Of a DNA stretch of 41,619 bases, positions 6,741 to 15,920 are shown piece after piece (positions within the stretch are counted from its first letter, which is position 1; every line of letters starts with the position of its first letter). The DNA lies in the NCBI GenBank assembly GCA_046484135.1, contig JAWOBU010000104.1:1-41619 (forward strand), in the 5' to 3' direction. The notes under the pieces are model-generated. The model saw only the letters and a program-made list of their open reading frames with translations. It was not told the DNA's origin and searched no databases. Source of the stretch: a bacterium (GTDB lineage: Bacteria; RBG-13-61-14; DATKZS01). Made by a program: the position numbers and the translations under genes.

Positions 6741-7745
6741 TCAGACCGTCCATCTCATGAGGAATGCCGCCCATGTAAAGCCGGAGCCGAAGGACGCGCA
6801 TATAAGGAGGTCACCTTTTTTGAGTCTTCCTTCCTCTCGGGCCTCGCACATGCAGATGGGGATGGTGGCCGCGGTAGTATTTCCATAGCGGTCAATATTG
6901 GACACCACCTTTTCGTCCGGCAGTCCCATTTTTTTTGCCACCATTCGGGTGATCCTTTCGTTGGCCTGGTGGGGGATAAACAGGTCCAGGTCGGAAGCTT
7001 CATATCCTGCTTTTCCCAGGGCCTCGTTCATGACCTCGCAGAAATGGGGAATGGCGTGGCTGAACACGGCCCTGCCGTCCATTTTCGGACAGATATCTCC
7101 GTTGTCTATCATCTCGTAGCTGATCCGTGGGGTCCGGTCGGACCTGGGAGCGGGCAGCCACAGCTTGTCGTAGTTTTCTCCCTGGGCGTGGAGCGCAAAG
7201 CTCAAGACTCCCTGGTCGTCGTTTTCGGCGGGGGCCATGATGACCGCGCCGGCCCCGTCCCCGAAAAGAACGGTAGTGGCCCGGTCGCGGTCCGAGTACT
7301 CGAACCCGGAGGAGTGGTTCTCCGCTCCTATCACCAGGATACGGTCGTAGGTGCCGGTTTTGATGAACTGGTCTGCCACGGAGACGGCGTAGGGGAAGCC
7401 GGAGCACTGCTGGCGAACATCCAGGGCGGGTATGGTTCCGAAGGACATCTTGCTCTGGAGCATACAGGCGCTTCCGGGAAAGAACACGTCCGGGTTCAAG
7501 GTGGCGAAGATGATCATGTCAATGTCGTCGTTTGTAAGACCGGCGTCCTCGAGCGCTTTTTCCGCGGCTATCTTGCCCATGTCCGCGGGACCGACGCCGT
7601 CGCCCGCGTAGCGCCGCTCCCGGATGCCGGTCCGCTCCCGGATCCACTCGTCCGAGGTGTTCATGATCTCGGCCAGGTCGTGGTTGGTTACAACATTTTC
7701 CGGCACGTGAAAGCCGGTCCCGATAATGGTGGAATTTCGCATCAT
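6741..7745 (-). CDS. fabH: 3-oxoacyl-ACP synthase III
   Basis: TSDEWIRERTGIRERR, QCSGF (catalytic Cys), LFGDGAGA, PHQAN, GNTTAATIP, FGSGFTW. Confidence 0.95.
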   Translation of the reverse strand: MMRNSTIIGTGFHVPENVVTNHDLAEIMNTSDEWIRERTGIRERRYAGDGVGPADMGKIAAEKALEDAGLTNDDIDMIIFATLNPDVFFPGSACMLQSKMSFGTIPALDVRQQCSGFPYAVSVADQFIKTGTYDRILVIGAENHSSGFEYSDRDRATTVLFGDGAGAVIMAPAENDDQGVLSFALHAQGENYDKLWLPAPRSDRTPRISYEMIDNGDICPKMDGRAVFSHAIPHFCEVMNEALGKAGYEASDLDLFIPHQANERITRMVAKKMGLPDEKVVSNIDRYGNTTAATIPICMCEAREEGRLKKGDLLICASFGSGFTWAAFLMRWTV

Positions 7746-7866
7746 GTTTTAGAACCTCCGAAGCGTTTTTGCCACAGTCCGCTGGTGCGGTTTATATAAT
7801 TTCCATGTTATGCAAATCCCGGGCCTTTTGAAGGATCAAATGAACGAGGGAGAGGATGCCGCGGTC

Positions 7867-8622
7867 TTATGCTTCGTGCCTGGTTTTTATCACTTCGGTG
7901 TCGGTAAGGGTATCGTGAAACATGGCGTCCTTCTCCAGGATGGAGACCCATTTTGCGGGCGGCTCCTGGAAGACAAGCGGCAACAGTCCCACCGGCACCA
8001 CGTAGATGGTAAACAGGTAAAGGGCGCTCCTTATAAAGGCTTTGCCGAGCCCGACGCGGGGAGAGCCGTTTTTGAGGTACACCCTGCTTCCGAACACGAA
8101 CTTGCCGGGCGTTGTCCCTGCGACCGCCACCAAGATGGTGTGGTACAAAATAAACACCGCGACCGCAATTAAGACCCTTAAGATCACGAACAGCTTGGCC
8201 AGGGTCATTCCTTCAGTGATCTCCTGTCGGCCCGGCTCTGCAAAGGACGCCTCTAACTGGCCCAGGCCCCACACCACCGCCGCGATCAGAAGCCCGATGA
8301 TAAAAAGGTCTATCAGAAACGCCAGCACCCGTTCCCAAAGGCCCGGCTTTTCTCCCAGCTTCCCGAGCTCCCGGTCGCCGACCTCTGCGGTCAGGGGCGC
8401 TCCGCACGATACGCAGTGCTCCGGCAGGGGAGAAGGCTGTTCCGCCCCGCACACCGCGCAAAAGCGGACCATGGCGCGGACCTCCTCGCGGGTCGCCGGC
8501 TTCTCGCCGTAGACCTTTTCCATGAGCGCAGGCGCGGTCACCGTTACGCCGTATACCTCGGCCTTGATCTGGTTGCGCCTTTTGCGCTCTCCCGTTATCT
8601 GGCAGTATTTTCCTATGGGCAT
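7867..8622 (-). CDS. RDD family membrane protein with N-terminal zinc ribbon
   Basis: CAVC...CVSCG zinc ribbon; RVLAFLID, GTTPGK and HDTLTDTEV RDD motifs. Start uncertain. Confidence 0.85.
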   Translation of the reverse strand: MPIGKYCQITGERKRRNQIKAEVYGVTVTAPALMEKVYGEKPATREEVRAMVRFCAVCGAEQPSPLPEHCVSCGAPLTAEVGDRELGKLGEKPGLWERVLAFLIDLFIIGLLIAAVVWGLGQLEASFAEPGRQEITEGMTLAKLFVILRVLIAVAVFILYHTILVAVAGTTPGKFVFGSRVYLKNGSPRVGLGKAFIRSALYLFTIYVVPVGLLPLVFQEPPAKWVSILEKDAMFHDTLTDTEVIKTRHEA

Positions 8623-8624
8623 GG

Positions 8625-9971
8625 CTACTTCTCGATCGGGTACGATTTAAAAACCAGGTACCCTATCAGTCCTATGAGGGCGTTCATGACAAAAGCGGTA
8701 AGAATGCCCTTCCCCTCGCTGAACAGAAAGAAGTTGAGCGCCACGATAACCGGGGCCATGCCCGCGGCCAGCTTGGTGATGAGACCCTCGATCCCGTTGT
8801 ACATGGCCTCCCGGCGGTAGCCGGTGACCTTTTCGTCAAAGTCCATGATGTCCGTAAGCACCACCCGGGAGAAAACCAGGAACACTGCGGCGCCCGGCGC
8901 GAAACTGGCAAACACGATGGCTCCCGCGATCTTGAGTCCGCCGGCGGAATCAATGGGCAGAAAAGGAAGGATGACCGGCAAGGGAAGCACGATGGCGAAA
9001 GACAGAAGCCCCTTGTTGAACACCCACTTCTTGCCCTTTATGTTCGCGAGCTTTATGACCACGGGAAAGAAAAAGACCGAGCCTATGATCATGCACCCCT
9101 GGAAGATGGCCACGTCCCCTTCTACCAGCTCCAGGGTGGCCACCGTGTAATAGGGAACCAGCACGAACACCACGTCCACCAAAAGCCGCACCAGCGCGAT
9201 CATGATGAGAAAGGGAGGATAAGTCGGGTTCTTGAGTGTCTCTCTTGCCGCCTGGAAGAAGTTGAAGGGGACCTCCTTGGACCTGGCCGCGGGCTTCTCT
9301 TTTATGAACCACCAGGTAAGCCAGAAAAGGATCAGTATCCACACCCCGGCTATGACCCCCACGAACTTGAAGCCGTTTGAGAAAGATATGGGACCGAAAG
9401 ATACGCCTTCCTTAAAGGTCTCGATAAGAATGGCGAATCCCACCAGGGCGATGATGTAACCCAGGACCTCCCCGAGGGCCATCCATCCTCCCAGGCGGTT
9501 TCGCTCCTCGTTCTCCGGCGCGATCTCCGGCAAGAGCGACAGGTGGGGAGCGACCACCACGGTGTAGGCGAACCAGAACACGGACAGGTTCACGGCCAGC
9601 CAGATGTTGTTGGCCATGGACGGCCCCTCGGTCAGCGGGAACCACATCAGCGCCATGGTTACGGCGAGAACCGGAGTGCCGAAGATGATGTAGGGGATGC
9701 GTCTTCCCCACCTGCTGCGGGTCCGGTCGCTGATATAGCCCACCAACGGATCGGCCACGCTGTCCACCACCCGGCCGATAAGCTGGATGACCACGTAGGT
9801 CCCCAGCGCCATGTACATCTTGCCCTTGCCCTCGCCCGGGTAATAGTAGTACATGAGCCAGTTGGTGATAAGCTGCACCCCGTAAGCAGCCGGAACCATG
9901 CCCGCGGCATAGGCCAGGGACCTGCCTACGCCCAGCCGGGGCATGTCCTCCTGAAGCCTGCTTTCACTCAC
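8625..9971 (-). CDS. MFS transporter, GPH/MelB-like (MFS_2)
   Basis: DSVADPLVGYISDRTRSRWGRRIPY and GYRREAMYNG; about 12 TM segments; GGAGG SD before the GTG. Confidence 0.92.
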   Translation of the reverse strand: MSESRLQEDMPRLGVGRSLAYAAGMVPAAYGVQLITNWLMYYYYPGEGKGKMYMALGTYVVIQLIGRVVDSVADPLVGYISDRTRSRWGRRIPYIIFGTPVLAVTMALMWFPLTEGPSMANNIWLAVNLSVFWFAYTVVVAPHLSLLPEIAPENEERNRLGGWMALGEVLGYIIALVGFAILIETFKEGVSFGPISFSNGFKFVGVIAGVWILILFWLTWWFIKEKPAARSKEVPFNFFQAARETLKNPTYPPFLIMIALVRLLVDVVFVLVPYYTVATLELVEGDVAIFQGCMIIGSVFFFPVVIKLANIKGKKWVFNKGLLSFAIVLPLPVILPFLPIDSAGGLKIAGAIVFASFAPGAAVFLVFSRVVLTDIMDFDEKVTGYRREAMYNGIEGLITKLAAGMAPVIVALNFFLFSEGKGILTAFVMNALIGLIGYLVFKSYPIEK

Positions 9972-10089
9972 TCTTTGTCCTCCTCCTGAATGAGCGGCCC
10001 GCCAAAGTCCAGGCCAATATAGAAAAAGCCGGGGCTTGTGTCAACTTCGATCATTTATTACAGTGTCATCCTTGCCGAGGACGCTGTAT

Positions 10090-10118
10090 TTGACTCTTTG
10101 AGCATCTGCCCCTAGGAT
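10090..10118 (+). promoter_or_regulatory. sigma70-type promoter
   Basis: TTGACT-17 bp-TAGGAT upstream of an AAGGAGGT SD. Confidence 0.55.
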
Positions 10119-10192
10119 ATTTCCCATTAAACAAGGAGGTCCTGGCTCTGACTGAGGCTGGAACAGACAGATCGGGCAAAGCGCATATCCTG

Positions 10193-13100
10193 GTGCTGGT
10201 GAGCTTTCTTTTTCTTTTGTCGGGAGCTTCGGCGCTGGTTTACGAGGTTGCGTGGGTGCGGAAGTTCTCGGTGGTTGCCGGAGGCTCGACGCGGTCGTTG
10301 ACTGCGGTGCTGGCGGCCTATATGGGCGGCCTGGCGCTGGGGAGCTTTCTGGGAGGCCGCTACATTGACCGGCGCAAGAGCCGGCCTTTCGTGGTCTACG
10401 CCGTGCTGGAAGGCCTGGTGGGTGTCTCCGCGTTCTTGCTCACTCTGCTTATACCCGCTCTGGTTCCCGTGCTCAAGGTGGGAAGAGAGCTTTTCGGTGC
10501 TGCCTCTTTCGGGTTCGACTTCTATCGCTTTTTGATAAGCGCCCTGGTGATGTTCATCCCCACCACCCTGATGGGCGCCACCTTTCCGGTCCTCATCAAG
10601 GGCGTGCTTTCCAGCAAGTCCCGGTTCGGAGCGGTCGCCGGCGTTCTTTACGCCTCCAACACCCTGGGGGCCATGGCCGGGTCCCTTCTTGCCGGCTTTT
10701 TACTGATACCGTCGCTCGGTCTTTTCCGGACCATAGGCGTGGCCGCCGTACTGAATGTTTCAATCCTGGCGGTCGCTTTGGCGATTCCTTACTTCCGGCG
10801 GGTCCGGACCGAAGCGTCCGGGGAGAAGGCGGCCGCCGGCCGCGCCGGCCGAAGGACTTTTCTCTCCTGGGTGTTCCTGTGGGGTTATGCGGTCTCCGGT
10901 CTTTGCGCCATGGTCTACCAGGTGGGTTGGGCGCGGGCCTTGTCCCTTTCGCTGGGAAGCTCCACTTACGCGGTGGGAATAATATTCGCCTCCTTTATCG
11001 GAGGGCTGGCCCTGGGCGGCTTCATCATCAGCCCGGTGGTGGACCGCATGAAAAGCCGTCTCCTTCTGGCCGCAGGACTCGAGGTTTTGATCGGCCTGTC
11101 CGCTATTGCCGTCATCCCCTTGTTCGAGTCGGTCACCATCGAGATGTTCTACTGGAGTCGCGATTACCAGGCCCGGTTCGGCATGTACCAGCTTGTCCGG
11201 TTCGCCGCGGCTTTCGGGCTGATCCTGGTTCCCACCATTGCCATGGGAGCGCTCTTCCCGGTAGTGGTCAAGATCATCGGCAGCATTGAAACCGGGGTGG
11301 GCGAGCCTGCCGGCCAGGTGTTCGGTTTCAACACGGTGGGCGGCATCGTGGGTGCGTTTCTGGCGGCCCATGTTTTCATCCGGTTTCTCGGTCTGGAGAA
11401 CGCTTTGCTCGCTGCCACCGCCATCAGCGTGGCAGTGGGCGTGATATGGCTTCTGGTCTCGCCGGGAGGCAGGCGTCTTTTCCGGTGGGGAGCGGCGGTC
11501 GGCCTGGCCGGCGCCGCAACCGGCGGCATCTTGCTGGTGCCGCAATGGGACCCTCTTTTCATGAACAGCGGTCCTTACATGTACTCGGAGATATTGGAGA
11601 AGGACTTCCCGGAAAGCCTGGACCTCCGGGACTTCCTTCACGACAACGAGCGGATTCTTTTTCACGAGGCGGGGGTGGAGGCCACGGTATCGGTCATGGA
11701 ATGGCGTCGCACCCTGGTCCGCACGCTGACCATCAACGGCAAGGTAGACGCTTCCTCCAAGAAGGACATGCCCACCCAGGTGCTCTCGGCCCACCTTCCC
11801 CTTCTGCTCCATCCTCACCCGAAAGAAATAATGATGCTGGGGCTGGCCTCCGGCGTCTCCGCGGGAAGCGCATTGCTCCACCCCGTGGAACAGGTGGACT
11901 GTGCCGAGATATCCCCGGCGGTGGTCTCCGCCAGCCGCCTGTTCAAGGAGGAGGGAGTAAGCAAGCTCGATTACGAAGACCCGCGCTTCAACCTTATACT
12001 GGATGACGGCAGGCATTTCCTGGACCTCTCCGAAAAGCGTTATGACGTTATCATTGCCGAGCCCTCCAACCCCTGGATCGCCGGCATGAGCGTGCTCTTT
12101 ACCCGCGAGTTCTTCAGCATCATGAAAAAACATCTAAAGCCAGGCGGAGTGGCGCTCATCTGGATCGGGGCCTATGACATGGACTCCTATACCGTGAAGA
12201 TGCTGCTCCGGACCTTCCAGGACGTGTTCGAAAACTCCACCATATGGGAGAGCAAGCCCGCGGTGGACTACTTTCTGATCGGATCAACGAAGCCGATTGA
12301 AGTGGACCTGGAGAAGTTCATAAAGAGGGCGGGCAGAAAAAAAATCGCCGAGGACCTGGCAAGGGTGAACATCAACCGTCCCCGCCAGCTCCTCGCCCGC
12401 TTTGTGATGGGGCCCGACACCATAAGGCAGGTTGCTGGCGAAGGGCCGCTCCATACGGATGATCGCAGGCAGCTCGAGTTTATGCTTCCCAAAATCAAGA
12501 AACAGGAGAAAGATAAAAGGATAGCTGAAATTCTTATCACTATCCTGTCGGCCCATCAGCCGGCCTCATCCATCGTGAGCGGCGCTGATGCGGAAGATGA
12601 GAAGCTGTTCGAGGACTTCCACTTAAACCGGTCTATCTACTACCGTACCCTTCATAAGCGGCTTGCGCCGCGGCAGCCGGAGGGCGAAGGCGGCAACGCC
12701 GCTTTACGCATTCAGAACTGGTACAACCTGATTCATCGCTGCCAGGGCGCTTTCCCGGCCGAGTTCGCCGAGGAAAAGCTCTCCATGTTGCTGTATCGCC
12801 GCGCCAAGGGATACCTGAAGGAAGGCATGACCGGTAAGGCGCTCGAGGACCTGAAAGAGGCTTTTAAGCTGGACCCCGAGAACTCGAACGCCGCGGGTAT
12901 GCTTATCGCCCAGTATAACGAGCGCGGACAAACCCGGGAAGCGGTAAGGTGGGCGCGCAAAGTTCTCGAGGCAATCCCGCGCGACCCTTATGCGCTTAGC
13001 GTGGTGGCAAATTATGAAAGGTCCCGCGGGCAGGTGAAACGGGCGGAGTACCTCTTCCGGCTGGCGGTGGAAGCATCGCCCCGCAACAGAGAGTACCGCT

Positions 13101-13306
13101 ACAACCTCGCCGTTTTCCTGGCCCAGACCGGAAAGCTCGAAAAAGCCCGAAAACACCTCGAAACAATGTTCAAGTACAATCCCCCCACTCCCACCTCCAA
13201 GGAGCTTTACTGCCACCTGCTTAACGACCTGGACGAGAAAGCCAAAGCCAACAAGTGCTTCCAGGAGCTTGAAGAACTCTCCTCCGCCAAGCAAAAACAA
13301 AACTAA
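10193..13306 (+). CDS. Fused membrane (MFS-like)/spermidine synthase-like methyltransferase with C-terminal TPRs
   Basis: SGASALVYEVAW, YASNTLGA, LTINGKVDAS, GLASGVS, DDGRHFL, YDVIIAEPSNPW, LFTREFF, HTDDRRQLEF; TPR-like helices at the C-terminus. Start may be a CTG at 10148. Confidence 0.9.
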   Translation: MLVSFLFLLSGASALVYEVAWVRKFSVVAGGSTRSLTAVLAAYMGGLALGSFLGGRYIDRRKSRPFVVYAVLEGLVGVSAFLLTLLIPALVPVLKVGRELFGAASFGFDFYRFLISALVMFIPTTLMGATFPVLIKGVLSSKSRFGAVAGVLYASNTLGAMAGSLLAGFLLIPSLGLFRTIGVAAVLNVSILAVALAIPYFRRVRTEASGEKAAAGRAGRRTFLSWVFLWGYAVSGLCAMVYQVGWARALSLSLGSSTYAVGIIFASFIGGLALGGFIISPVVDRMKSRLLLAAGLEVLIGLSAIAVIPLFESVTIEMFYWSRDYQARFGMYQLVRFAAAFGLILVPTIAMGALFPVVVKIIGSIETGVGEPAGQVFGFNTVGGIVGAFLAAHVFIRFLGLENALLAATAISVAVGVIWLLVSPGGRRLFRWGAAVGLAGAATGGILLVPQWDPLFMNSGPYMYSEILEKDFPESLDLRDFLHDNERILFHEAGVEATVSVMEWRRTLVRTLTINGKVDASSKKDMPTQVLSAHLPLLLHPHPKEIMMLGLASGVSAGSALLHPVEQVDCAEISPAVVSASRLFKEEGVSKLDYEDPRFNLILDDGRHFLDLSEKRYDVIIAEPSNPWIAGMSVLFTREFFSIMKKHLKPGGVALIWIGAYDMDSYTVKMLLRTFQDVFENSTIWESKPAVDYFLIGSTKPIEVDLEKFIKRAGRKKIAEDLARVNINRPRQLLARFVMGPDTIRQVAGEGPLHTDDRRQLEFMLPKIKKQEKDKRIAEILITILSAHQPASSIVSGADAEDEKLFEDFHLNRSIYYRTLHKRLAPRQPEGEGGNAALRIQNWYNLIHRCQGAFPAEFAEEKLSMLLYRRAKGYLKEGMTGKALEDLKEAFKLDPENSNAAGMLIAQYNERGQTREAVRWARKVLEAIPRDPYALSVVANYERSRGQVKRAEYLFRLAVEASPRNREYRYNLAVFLAQTGKLEKARKHLETMFKYNPPTPTSKELYCHLLNDLDEKAKANKCFQELEELSSAKQKQN

Positions 13307-13426
13307 TCAGTCTTTCACTACTCCGCCGGCAGGGACGATTGGAACATGGACTGCGAGGAGAGCTTTTTGAACAAGAGAAATAGAACTTGATGCAGAGGAG
13401 GAGGGGTGTTTGGTTGATTTCCGGGA

Positions 13427-13618
13427 TTACCCGGGTTGGAGCAGTATTTTATGTCCCATGAAGTCTATTTCTTTTATGGAGCCTTTGAACTCTTTCTGGT
13501 CTCCGAGGAGGTTTTCCACCAGCAGGATCCCTTGGTGTTGGGGGGTTATTCTGACCACGTCTTTTAAGAAAAGCTCTTCGTCGTCTCCCCGGGCTATGAA
13601 CGCGGTTGATTCACACAT
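13427..13618 (-). CDS. CooT family nickel-binding protein
   Basis: 63 aa, MCES start, LKDVV, LLGDQKE, IKEIDFMGHKILL pattern; GAGG SD. Confidence 0.85.
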   Translation of the reverse strand: MCESTAFIARGDDEELFLKDVVRITPQHQGILLVENLLGDQKEFKGSIKEIDFMGHKILLQPG

Positions 13619-13679
13619 TTTTCTGTACCTCTACTATTTGCTCACAATTGTTTTTGTAGGTCACGGAAAACAGTATTTT

Positions 13680-13717
13680 GTGCGAGCGAGTTTACTCGCG
13701 GTATCAGTCGCTCGCAC
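13680..13717. repeat. REP family A (GTGCGAGCGA-YTTWA-GTCGCGA) with inverted half copy
   Basis: GTGCGAGCGAGTTTACTCGCG followed by AGTCGCTCGCAC. Confidence 0.8.
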
Positions 13718-13912
13718 GCAATTTACAAATTCTAATGTGATACGCTACTACCGGACGCACTTATCCTGTCTGCTTTTTGCGCATTTTTCGTTCGCCAAAA
13801 ACACCTTTTTCCGGAACGCGCCGGGGCACACCCTTCCTGCCGGTTTGAGGACTACCGGTTTTGAGAAAACGCTTTGGATATAAATCCTTTTTAAGTTAAC
13901 AATAACCGCCGG

Positions 13913-14101
13913 TTAATCCCTACGAGAACTGATGTCCCCTTGCGGAGAATCATAGGCGGAATCATGCGGATACATGGCGATGTTGGCGTTGGACTCCCTG
14001 CAATTGGGGCAAATCCGGTTGTAGATGCCCTCGCTCATGAACACCCGATCACACCTCAAGCACGTCCTTTTGGTTTTCTTCTTTTTCCTTCTTTTTGCCA
14101 T
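13913..14101 (-). CDS. Small basic CxxC...CxxC zinc-finger protein
   Basis: CLRC-x13-CPNC with a highly basic N-terminus; GAGGG SD. Confidence 0.7.
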   Translation of the reverse strand: MAKRRKKKKTKRTCLRCDRVFMSEGIYNRICPNCRESNANIAMYPHDSAYDSPQGDISSRRD

Positions 14102-14208
14102 TTAAGACCCTCTTTCGCGCTACTTATATAATAAGCTCTGACTGGTTAGAGTCATATCTGTGAAAAATGTTTCAAATTTTCTATAACCTGGCATACCGGG
14201 CAGACAGC

Positions 14209-15636
14209 TCAGCCCACCTCCCGGATGAAGAGCTTCAACTGCTTGCTCTTGAGATCGTCCACGATCTCGACCGGGTAGTCCCCGGTAAAACATGCGTCGC
14301 AGTATCCCTTGCCCAGGTCCTTGCCGCAGATGGCTTCTCTCATGCCGGACACAGACAGGTATCCCAGCGATTCGCTTCCTATAAAGTCCTTTACCTTCTC
14401 CATGGACCCTTCCATTACGTTATAAACGAGCTCCTCCTTGGTAGGAGTGTCAATCCCGTAGAAGCACGGATGGGTCACCGGCGGCGAGCTGATCCGCATG
14501 TGGACCTCGCTGGCCCCCCCCATCTCCCGGAGCATGGTCACGATCTTCTGGCAGGTGGTCCCCCGAACAATGGAGTCGTCCACCACTATCACCCTTTTTC
14601 CTTCCAGCACGCTCCGGACCGCGTTCAGCTTCACCTTGACCCCGAAATGCCGGATGGCGTGGGAAGGCTCGATAAAGGTCCGGCCCACGTAATGGTTCCG
14701 GATCAGGCCCTCCTCGTAAGGAATGCCGGACGCCTTGGCCATACCCATGGCAGCCACCCGGCCGGAGTCGGGCACGCTGATCACCACGTCCGCGTCTACC
14801 GGGTGCTCCTCCCAGAGCTTCTGCCCCAGCCGGATGCGGGCGTCGTATACGGACTGGCCGAACACCTGCGAGTCGGGCCGGGCAAAGTAGATTTGCTCGA
14901 AAATGCACCGGCAGTGGTCCCTTTTGGGCACCGGCCGGAAGCTCTCCAGGCCGTTCTCCTCGGAGATGATGATGACCTCGCCCGGCTCGACCTCCCTTAT
15001 GTACTCCGCTCCCACCAGGTCGAGAGCGCAGGTTTCGGACGCCACAATATAGGCCCCGTCTATCCTGCCCAGCACCAGGGGCCTAAACCCCCACGGGTCG
15101 CGGCAGGCAGCCAACTGGTGGTCGCTCATCATGACCAGGCTGAAAGCCCCCAGTATCTGGTTCGCCGCTTGACTTATTTTGTCAATAAGCTTGGTGGCCC
15201 CGTTCTGGGCCATCAAGTGAACGATCACTTCCGTGTCCATCGAGGTCTGGAAGATGGCGCCCTTGTCCTCCAGCCGATCCCGCAGGGTCCGGGCGTTCAC
15301 CAGGTTGCCGTTATGCGCCACCGCCAGCCTGCCCCGGCTCGAGTCAATGGCAAAAGGCTGGGCGTTTTTCAGAAGCGAGGAACCCGCGGTGGAGTACCGG
15401 ACGTGCCCGATGGCCACGTGACCGGGGAGCTTGCGCAGGATGTCCTCGTTGAACACGTCCTGAACCAGACCCATGGACCGGTGGGAGTACATGTTCCTGC
15501 CGGTCGAGGATACGATTCCCGCGCTTTCCTGTCCCCTGTGTTGAAGTGCGTACAAGCACAAGTAGGCTATGTTCGAAGCCTCAGGATGACCGAATACTCC
15601 CGCGATCCCGCATTCATCTTTCCAGCTTTTCTCCAA
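14209..15636 (-). CDS. purF: Amidophosphoribosyltransferase
   Basis: DECGIAG, LQHRGQESAG, GHVRYST, AHNGNL, VDDSIVRGTT, PCFYGID, YCDACF (Fe-S type). Confidence 0.97.
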   Translation of the reverse strand: MEKSWKDECGIAGVFGHPEASNIAYLCLYALQHRGQESAGIVSSTGRNMYSHRSMGLVQDVFNEDILRKLPGHVAIGHVRYSTAGSSLLKNAQPFAIDSSRGRLAVAHNGNLVNARTLRDRLEDKGAIFQTSMDTEVIVHLMAQNGATKLIDKISQAANQILGAFSLVMMSDHQLAACRDPWGFRPLVLGRIDGAYIVASETCALDLVGAEYIREVEPGEVIIISEENGLESFRPVPKRDHCRCIFEQIYFARPDSQVFGQSVYDARIRLGQKLWEEHPVDADVVISVPDSGRVAAMGMAKASGIPYEEGLIRNHYVGRTFIEPSHAIRHFGVKVKLNAVRSVLEGKRVIVVDDSIVRGTTCQKIVTMLREMGGASEVHMRISSPPVTHPCFYGIDTPTKEELVYNVMEGSMEKVKDFIGSESLGYLSVSGMREAICGKDLGKGYCDACFTGDYPVEIVDDLKSKQLKLFIREVG

Positions 15637-15846
15637 CTCGAAAGCCCCTTTTACTTCCCGCCTAACCAGGAATATATAATAACACTAACGGTTTAATTTG
15701 AAAAGCACGAATTTGAAAAAATTTTATTGTCGTTTATGATCAGGAACTTGCGTGAGGGATTATGTTAAGGGGCCGGCCGGGGGCACCTTCGGACGCTTAC
15801 TTTTTTCTTTTTTATCGAAATTTGTGCTGGCATCCATGAACTGTTG

Positions 15847-15892
15847 TGTTATAATGCGAACAGGTGTTCAGTTTGATTGAAAGCTCGTTCAA
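15847..15892 (+). promoter_or_regulatory. Extended -10 promoter followed by two LexA-box-like palindromes
   Basis: TGtTATAAT (15847-15855), then CGAACAGGTGTTCA (15857-15870) and TTGAAAGCTCGTTCAA (15877-15892). Confidence 0.45.
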
Positions 15893-15920
15893 GTTTTGTC
15901 GTCTGTTTTGAACAGAGGCC

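Noticed and set aside
10760..12133. Long antisense or alternate-frame ORFs (also 14167-15696, 17136-18392, 38445-40007 and others)
   Set aside because: Shadows of well-supported genes, expected from GC-rich codon bias.
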